Assembly: GCA_045644865.1 (NCBI GenBank)
Contig: JAZRHS010000019.1
Coordinates: forward strand, 1-39,232
Source: Eubacteriales bacterium
GTDB taxonomy: Bacteria > Bacillota > Clostridia > Oscillospirales > CAG-272
Direction of reading: 5' to 3'
Length of the DNA stretch: 39,232 nt
Position numbers and translations under genes: made by a program. Shown in pieces: positions 1-9,100 of this stretch; position 1 is the first letter of the stretch, and every line of letters starts with the position of its first letter. The notes under the pieces were generated by a model that saw only the letters and a list, made by a program, of their open reading frames with translations, was not told the DNA's origin and did no database searches.

Positions 1-48
1 TATATGTTAGTATCAATTTTTATATATAATTTTAGAAAGGGAAAAACA

Positions 49-138
49 ATGAGAAACACAAAGAAAACAACAAAAGCGTTACTTCTTGTGCTCGCTGTGG
101 TTATGGTTGTGGGCTTGTTTGCTGTCAGCGCGTTTGCT
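49..138 (+). other. Sec signal peptide (30 aa, predicted cleavage after SAFA)
   Basis: Basic n-region (RNTKKTTK), a hydrophobic core (ALLLVLAVVMVVGLFAV) and an AxA-like SAFA|AV cleavage site. Confidence 0.8.
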
Positions 139-3100
139 GCTGTAAATGAACAAAGCCGTTGCGACCATAAGCATTATGCTATCAACGAAGTAAAGACTGT
201 TTTGTCGGGAAATAATCCCTATTCATTTGGAATTTGTTCCGGATGTAAGCAGGGTGTAATGACTCCCCTTAACAATCTGTTGACCGAGTATACCGGCGAG
301 GCTGACAACAGGGTCAATAACGATCTTCTTGCTGGTGAAGAGGTGTTTGTAGATAACCTGACATATATTCAGGCATCTGAAAGCACACTCGGTTCTGGTG
401 CAAAGGACTACACGGTAGAGTTTGATGTCTATGTGGATAAAATCAATCCCGAGGCGGTTAACGCAAACTTTTTCGGTGTTGTAGCTTGGCAAAAGGTTGA
501 GGGTGAAAATAAGTTTGCGCCTCAGGACTTCCTCAGAATGTTTGCTAAGTCTGAAACAGAGGCAGAACTGAGAATAGGCAGAGATGCAACTGCGTCGCCT
601 CTTGTTACAACCATAAAGGTTGACGAAGGTTATCACTTCAAGTTAACCGTTAATCCCAGACAGGGACAGAGAGCGGTTGTAATTGAAAGCTATAATCTTT
701 CCAATCCTTCCGATGTCAGCATCGCAAGCGGTACAATGAATTGGATCGATAACGGTATGACTACCTACGATTTCCGTATCCTTGAGGGCGCGTGGGGAGA
801 ATTTTGGTTCGATAATTTTGCCTTCTACAACTATGACGAGGTTGAGCAGGAAGCTTGCAACCACGCGGATTATGAGCTTAATGGTGTGAATAAGCTTGTA
901 GTTAAGGGCGGCCTTTATGAGCTTGGCTCTTGCGAAGGTTGTAATCAGGCGGTAGTTGTTAACCACAAGAACCTTATTTACTCAAAGGCCGGTGCCGACA
1001 ATGTAGGTGAAGTCATAAACGATAAGATTCTTGCGGGAGAAACAATTAAGGTTACCAAAGAAAACCGCATATATACATCTTATGATGTGGTAGGTTCTTC
1101 TGACCCATATACAATTGAATTTGATGTTAAGATCAATAGCATCGATTCAAGTAAGAACAACACATCTATGCTGGATCTTGTTGGCAGCAATTATCAGTTC
1201 TTCCTCAGAATGTTTACTTCGTCTTCGGAAGAAGCACAGTTGAGAATAGGTAATTCTAACTCATCTCCGCTGGTTACAACCATAAAGAAGGACCATAGCT
1301 ATCACTTTAAGCTGGTTGTTGCTTCTAACTCTGTGGCTATTGAGGGCTATGATCTCGATACCAAAGAGACATTCAGACAGACAGGCACATTGGATGCTCT
1401 TGCAGCCGGCAATGCTACATATTATTTCAGAGTTTTCAACAACACTCTTGGAGATTTTGACTTCAGCAACTTCGTTCTTTACGGCGAGTGGTCTGATGCC
1501 CCCTGTGTTCACACAGGACACGCGGTTCATAATGAGAAGCTTATGGTTATAGACGGTAAGTTCTATAAGACAGGAAAGTGCGCAGGCTGTGGTGAAGATG
1601 TAAGAGCTTTGTTTGACAGCTTCTTAGAGGATTTGTCGGGCTCGTCTACTATAGTTAAGGACTACCTTCTTAACGGTAAACCCGTTAATATTACGGATAA
1701 CAAGAATGTTTATATTGCTGAAAAATATATTGGCGGTTCAGCAAAGGAATATGTTATTGAGTTCGATGTTGAAATTAATACTATCGATGCGGATAACATT
1801 CGCTATAGTGATGTGAATGACGGAACTATCAAAAGTAACGGTAGAACCTTCTTTGGTGCTACCGGATCCGACGGCAGTGGATACCAGCACTTCCTCAGAT
1901 TGTTTGTTGCACCGAAAAACGGAACAGATCCAAGCACAACAACCGATTATTATGATAACAAGGCGCAGCTCAGAATAGGCGATACTGCTTCTGCTCCTCT
2001 TGTTACTACTATCGAAGAGGGCCATAGCTATCACTTTAAGCTGTCGGTTAATCCTTATAAGGTTAACAACTTAAAATGGGTTACCATCGAGTGCTATGAT
2101 CTTTCCGCCCCCTTTGATGTTTATACGGTATCAGGAAAGATTGGCGACATTTCGGGTAATACATTTGTCCGCTTCCTTGACGGTAAATGGGTTAACTTTG
2201 ATTTGGCTAACTTTGTAATCTATAATGGTAAAGATGCCTTCCTTGAGCCCTGTACTCATGCGGCACTTGAGCTTATAAACACCAGAGTTGTTGTTGTAGA
2301 CGGCACACCTTATTTGACAGGTATTTGTAAGGACTGTGCAGAGGAACATAGCTTTAAGCTTGACAGCTTTTTGACTGCTATGAGCGGCTCTGAGAGCATA
2401 AACGCTGATCTTCTTGCAGGTAAGACTGTTACTGTTAAAGCAAATAAGAACATATATACTACAGAAAGTGTAGTTGGACCCAACGCTCTCAAGCCTTATA
2501 CTATTGAGTTTGATGTTAAGGTCAACTCAATTAATGAAGAAGAGCTTGCAAAATCGGGCACAGGCAGAAACTTCTTTGATGTTATGTCTTCAAAGAAGAG
2601 CTGGGGTGATGAATATCAGCGCTTCCTCAGATTGTTTGCCAAGGAGAACAACACAACACAGGCAGACATAAGGGCAGGCGCTAGCAATACTGCTCCCTTT
2701 GTTGCCACCATAACCGAGGGAAATACCTATCACTTTAAGATAGCTGTTGACCCCGCAAACAAAACAGTTAAGATTGAAAGCTATAATTTTGCAACTCCCG
2801 AAAAGCTTAACAGCGCAAATGGCGTTTATACCAAGCTTTTGGAAAACGCTGATAGCTATAAGTTCCGTTTCCTTGATGCTGAAAGCGGTAACTTTGAAAT
2901 CAGTAACTTTGCCTTCTATAATGGCGCAAAGGAAGAGGGGGTAAGCATCCCCTGCAATCACGGGCTTTATTCTCCCGTTACCTCGCAGCTATCTGTGGTA
3001 AACGGAAAGAGTTACCTGTTCCAGAGCTGTCCTGCTTGTAATGAGGAATTTATAGTTGCTTGTGATAGTCTTTTGGAGACTTCGACAAAATCAAATGCTG

Positions 3101-6100
3101 TAAACAACGCGTTCCTTAACGGTGAAACAGTCAAGCTTTCAGGAGAAAAACAAATATATTCTTCTGATGCTGCCATTGGCCCGGGTGCCGATCCGTATAC
3201 AGTTGAATTTGATGTCAAGATCAATAGCATTGATTCAAGCAAAAATAACAAGTCTATGTTTGATGCTACTGATAATAATACATATCAGTTCTTCCTCAGA
3301 ATGTTTACTTCGTCTTCGGAGGAAGCAAAATTGAGAATGGGTAATGCCGATACTTCTCCTTTGATTACAACCATAAAGAAGGGTCATAGCTATCACTTTA
3401 AGCTGGTTGTTGAACAGTTGGGTTCACAGGTATCGGTAGTTGTTGAGGGCTATGATCTCGATACCAAAGAGACCTTCAGACAGACCAGTAAGCTGGCTGC
3501 TCTTGCATCCGGTAAGTCCACATATTCTTTCAGAGTTATGAATGGTGCTGTTGGTGAATTTGAGTTCAGCAATCTTCTGTTCTATAAGACTAAGAACGCA
3601 ACAAACGAAGTTGACAACAATCATGTTCATACAAACAAATTCAACAATAATATAACAGTAACCAACTTTAATAATAAGGTAGAGTTCTCTTATACTTGTG
3701 TATGCGGTGAGAAGGTAACTCCCGTGAGCCAGATGGCTCTTATCGAACAGGATATTTACAGCTCCTATGAGGGTGCGGTAACCTTTGACGGTGTGGCTGT
3801 TTATGGTGAAACAAACTACGACGAAGAATGTATACCTGAATGGAATGAATATTGGATGTTCTTTGATTACAATGTAAGAAAAGCATCTAATGTTAATGCT
3901 GTTGTTGCTAAGATTGGTGATACAGTTATCAGCACAGTCAGCAAGACCTATAAGGCTCCTGCAACCGAATCGTATGCTATTAATGTAAGATGGATAGCAG
4001 AAGATGTTATTGATTACACGGTATATGTTGACGGTGTAGTTGTTGAGAGAAGATCTGACATTAAGATCAAGGGTGATTATACTGCTGTAACTCTTGGTGA
4101 TGATAATGCCAAGGATGTCAGATTAAACCTTGTTAAGATTATATGGGTAGATGTAACCGATGACTCTTCGGATATAGCTGAATTTGAATATTCTCAAGAC
4201 GATTCCTTGACATCCTGCACACATATTGCGCCTACTTATGGCGGAAGCATAGAGGTTGCTAACGCGCATATCGCATATAGATATACTTGCGGTAAGTGCG
4301 GTGAATATGTATATCTTGACAGCTATTATGATGCAGAGTATAGTGCTAAACAGAATGATGCCCTTATAGTGAATGAGAATGGCTCGGCAAAGATTTCCAA
4401 AGATTATAAAATGCTTTACTCAAAAATATCCGGCAGATTCTGGCTTGCATTTGATATTACATTTGATGCTCTTTATGGAAGTGAGTTGAGCGAAAATAAC
4501 ATTCTTAACTTTGATGGCAATGTAGCTAGCCCGTTGAGAGCGTATAATACAACCGTTGACGGTGAAGTGGCAGTTAAGATAACATCCAATCGTTCTGATA
4601 AGGGCGGCGGAGTTGAGCTTATAACAGCTAAGGCAGGTGATACTGTCAAGGTAGCTCTTTACAATGACTTTGGCGCTCACAGAGTTGATATCTATATAAA
4701 CGGCGAATACATGACTTCAAGAACCGATTTTATAGGTACGAGAAATGATGACGGTTATTTGAGAGTTCGTTTCCTTGATGGTAAATGGGCAGATATTACT
4801 ATAAACAACCTTGTGCTTGTAAGCGTTAATGACTTTACAAAAGAACACATTCACTCTAATGTGGAAAATAATCCTACTACGGTTGTTACAACCGAAGCAG
4901 GTCTTGTTCTCCTTGCTAAGTGTCCTTGCGGAGCAGAGTTCGTATCAGAGCAGATTATAGATGTTGTAGTTGATAATATTAAAGCTGTAGCGGGCAACGG
5001 AACAGTTGCTTTCAATGCTCCCACGGTTGATTATTGGATCGTTTCCGATATCTGCGCAAACGAGGACGCTACAGGCGCAATGCTTACTCTTGGCAAGACT
5101 GTTCTTCTCAGTGCCGATGAGCTAGATAAGAATGTTAAGTCAAGTGTTGCTGTCCACGTAAACGGCTATGATTACACACTTTATGTAAACGGAGAAGAGC
5201 TTAAGGATGGCACTTGGACAGGCGAAACAAAGGTAACATACGGTAATACAGGACTTTCTGACAAGACCCAGTTCATCTTCAATAAGATTGTTGTTCTTGG
5301 TTCTACAATCACACCTGTTGTACCTGATGTAAACGGCTGTAACCACGCTTCTGTAGGCGAGGTTGGAATTGTTTGTCCTGATTGCTACGAATATGTAGCA
5401 GTTATGTATCCTACCGTATCCGATTGCTACCATTCTGCAAAAGCAGATGGAAAAGCTTCTATCTATTTCGATGCTTACGGCGTTCTTAATACAGTTTACA
5501 ACTGCTCTGAGTGCGGAGCTCAGGTTACCGAAAGAATTGACCAGAGCCTTGTAAGAGGTTGGGATAATCCTAACTTTGGCGGTCAGGTTGGTACTCAAAT
5601 TCACGCAAAGGCAGACGAGTTTGAGCTTTCTGTAGGAAGCGCTCCCTATTGGATCATATTTGATGTTACAATGGCAGAGCTTCCCGCAATTCCTGAGAGT
5701 GATGAGACCGAGACAACATTCTCTAACAAGCGAGCTTATAAGGGATATAGCCTTGTAAATGTACAGGATGTACATGCCGGTGGCGACACAAACTATGTAT
5801 CTCAGCTTCGTATGTTTGTGGACGGATATGAACCCGGAAACGCAAAGCTTGATCTTGATAATGAAACTATTACCCCCGGTGAGACCGATGGTAAGGTAGA
5901 GGTTTATTTGGGTAACAAGACATGGAACTACAGAATGGGAGCATATGTTGCTACTCTTGAAAAGGATGTTAAGACTCATTTTGCAATCTATTTTGACCCC
6001 AATAACGGTAACTTTGATGTGTTTGTTAACGGCGAATATACCGCAAGCTCAAGCACAGGAACTCTTGGTAATAACAAAGCACCTCAGGTGCGCTTCTCTG

Positions 6101-9100
6101 AAAGCACCGACGGCGGTAAATTTATCTTTAACAAGATTGATATTGCAAGAGCTGCAGTCAGCTATGACGAAAAGGTAACTGTAATTGAAACCAACGCAAG
6201 ATATAAGAAGACAACCGATGCGGCAGGCACATACGAGCCTCTTGTTTCTATCGACAAAACTATCGCTATTAATAAGAAGGTTACCAAGGAGGAATACTCG
6301 ATAGTATCTCTTGGTCTTATCTATGTTGATACCTGCACAGGTCAGCTTGCTTACAGAACAGGTGCAGACACATATGTTCTCCTTGTAGATAAGGACGGCG
6401 AACCTCTTGTTGTTGAAGAGAGCTTTGGTTCTGATACTAAGCCTTCTTACTCTACAAAGCTTAATGTCGTTTATAACGGCATTGATGGTACAGCAAGATA
6501 CTTTGTAAACGGCAAGATTGCTTATGTTGCAGGCGAGGATGAGGTAATTCCTGTTGGAAATATCGAGGTTTACGATGCAAACGGCTTCTATGATGTAACA
6601 GGCGACACACAGAATATAGTTGTTCGCAGATATACAGATACAGTAAAGGAAAACGCTAATACTGTTGTTCGTGATGTTATTATAAACGAGCTTTATACTA
6701 CCGTTGATTCTGATACCGCTGAGATCATCGGTTTCCAGGAAAGCTATGTATCGCAGAGCCTTCGTTTTGTAGCGGGCTTGAACACAAACCTTTACAATGT
6801 TGTAGGCTTTGACATCAAGGTGCTTGATGTAGACGGCACCGACATAACAAAGCAGGATAAGCCTGTTTTGGCTAGCACCAGACTTTTTGATATAATCGAT
6901 GAGAACGGCAAGCTTGCATTCGCTGCACAGTATGGCTATAAGCACTTTGCAGTAATTGCAATTAACAATATGGATTGTTCTGACAAACCTGTTGCTGTTG
7001 GACAGAAGATCTATATAACTCCTTACACAGTTATTGGAAACACTAAGGTTTCTGGAAACGAGGTAGTTGTTGAGGTTATTAACACCTCTGCTGTTGAAGG
7101 TCAGACAATAATCGGTTATAAATATGCCAACGCTGATTTGGAAGTGATTCCCGAGGGCGAAGGCGATGTTGTTAATAATTATTCCAAGGATAGTCTTTAC
7201 GCCAAGGTTGGCGTAAAGGCTTCCGGAACAACCGGTATCGTTGCTATTAAAGACACATATGTTGTAAGAGGCAAGGCTAATGAGAACTATGGCGGCGAAG
7301 ATGTTCTTCGTATTAAAGCATATGACCGTAAAAATGCCGGCCTTAACAGAATTATGCTTCTCGAGTTTGATCTTACGGGCCTTGATGCAGCGAGCATTGA
7401 AAACGCAAAGCTTTCGCTTTATTGCTTCGCTACAGAGGATTCGACTGCTACCCCCATTGAGGTATATACTATTAACAACTGGGAGTGGGACGAGAATTCT
7501 GTAACATATAATGATTATAAGTCGAAGAGTAAAACCCTAATTACTGACACAAAGGTTGCGGGTTCAGGTTATGTTTTTGTAGATATTACTAACACAGTCA
7601 AGAACGCAATCAATAGTGGCAAAACAAAGCTTACTCTTGCTATTACAGGAACAGATGCTACACTCTTTAATAGAGACAAGATAATACGCCACCTTCAGTT
7701 CCATTCCAAGGAATATAATGGAGCAGATAACCTTAAGCCTCAGATCGTTTTGAGTGATGGATCTTCTGAGTATACAACAAATGTTAAGGTTAATAAGTCT
7801 GATAGCGTAGCAAATGTTTGGAACACAGCGTACACATATGTTAACGAATGGTTTGCAAGCAGAGATGAGATCCTTGCTCGCGAAGATGCGGTTGTTGACA
7901 CCATTGTTAGAAACAATAGTGAATACAGTGTTAGCGTAGGTGCAACAAGCAGCCATATAGATGCTATTGAGGGAAAATCTGGTGAATACGAAGCATATCC
8001 CACAAGACTTGTAAGTACTCTTGAAGGCTATACCCCTGACAGTACAGAGGTTGCGCTTTACAATCAGTACGGAAGCCTTATGGATGAGTCTATGAGACAG
8101 GAAGCTACAGGCTTCTTCTATACCAAGAAGATTGGCGACAGATGGTGGACAATCGACCCCGAGGGTTATCCCTTCTACAGAACCGCTTGTGTTTCTGTTG
8201 ATCTTGGCAGCTCGCTTCAGAAGAAGTATCAGGTTGCCGGTAAGTATGGAAGTGTAGATGCTTGGGCACAGGGAACAACAGACAGACTTAAGGAGCTTGG
8301 CTTTAACTCCACCGGTGGTTGGTCTAATATTGATCTTCTGTCCGTGGTTGATGAGCCTTTGACTCAGACAAGAATTCTTAATGTTCTTTCGGGTTATGCA
8401 AGCAAGATCGGAACTAATGAATCAAAGAGCGGAAATACAGATATTGCATACGGTGTTCTTCCTGTATTTGATCCCGGCTTTGTAAGCTATGCAAGAGATA
8501 CTATCTATGCAAAGGTTAACGAGTATGTTGATGCAGCGTATGTATATGGCTGGATGAGTGATAACGAGCTTCCCAGATCTAAGAATATGCTTGACAGTGC
8601 TCTTATGCTTGACCCAACTGACGCAAAGTTTGTATACAGCTATGCTACTGCTTGGACCTTTATGTATCTCATGACAGGCGATGTAAATGTTTCTCTTGCT
8701 GATATTACAGATGAGCTTCGTCTGGAATTCAGAGCAATGGTATATGACAGATACTATAAGGTAGTTACAGAATGGCTTGATGAGTTCGATCCCAACCATC
8801 TCTATATGGGTAGCCGACTTGTTGAAGGCGCATATCAGGATGAATACATTATCAGAGTTGCAGGTAAGTACTGTGATGTAATTACCTTCAACTACTACGG
8901 TGTATGGGAAGGCGATGCTGAGCTTCTTGCGAATATCGAAAAATGGTCCGGCAAGCCCTTCGTTATTACCGAGTGGTATACAAAGGGTATGGATGCGTGT
9001 TATTGTCTTGATGAGAACGGTAATTATTGTCTTGATGATAATGGGAATAAAATCAGCACAGGTTTTGGTCTTACTAATGAAGCAGGAGCAGGTTGGATTG

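Larger units (their letters stand above)
160..6189 (+). repeat. Array of ten protein modules (29-255 aa each), each opening with a (C/H)xH...CxxC knuckle; nine are followed by a LamG/ConA-like beta-sandwich and module 9 is knuckle only
   Basis: Module starts were checked against the DNA at nt 160, 856, 1504, 2251, 2953, 3622, 4216, 4846, 5338 and 5425. Modules 1-5 share the strand motifs PYT(I/V)EFDV, FLR(M/L)F, LRIG, PLVTTI, YHFKL, F(R)FLDG and FxxSNFxxY. Modules 6-10 are divergent versions. Confidence 0.8.

Noticed and set aside
4-48. Upstream ATG at nt 4 as the start of the giant gene; likewise track starts 10458, 21643, 29681, 30456, 35521 and 36398
   Set aside because: In each case a downstream ATG has a proper Shine-Dalgarno and gives the expected N-terminus (a signal peptide or conserved family start). 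The longer version overlaps the preceding gene or lacks an RBS.
160-6189. Whether the periodic repeats in the first 6 kb could be a CRISPR array or a tandem non-coding repeat
   Set aside because: The periodicity is about 650-750 nt and lies within one intact reading frame with protein-level conservation. There are no short direct repeats with unique spacers, so this is not a CRISPR array.
5140-6945. Long minus-strand ORFs 5140..5979 (279 aa) and 6049..6945 (298 aa), and similarly 8422..9300 (292 aa), inside the giant gene
   Set aside because: They lie antisense to a continuous 9.3-kb + strand ORF that has clear domain motifs. Their translations are low-complexity and rich in Cys, Ile, Asn and Leu, with no RBS or recognisable motifs. 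They are shadow ORFs.
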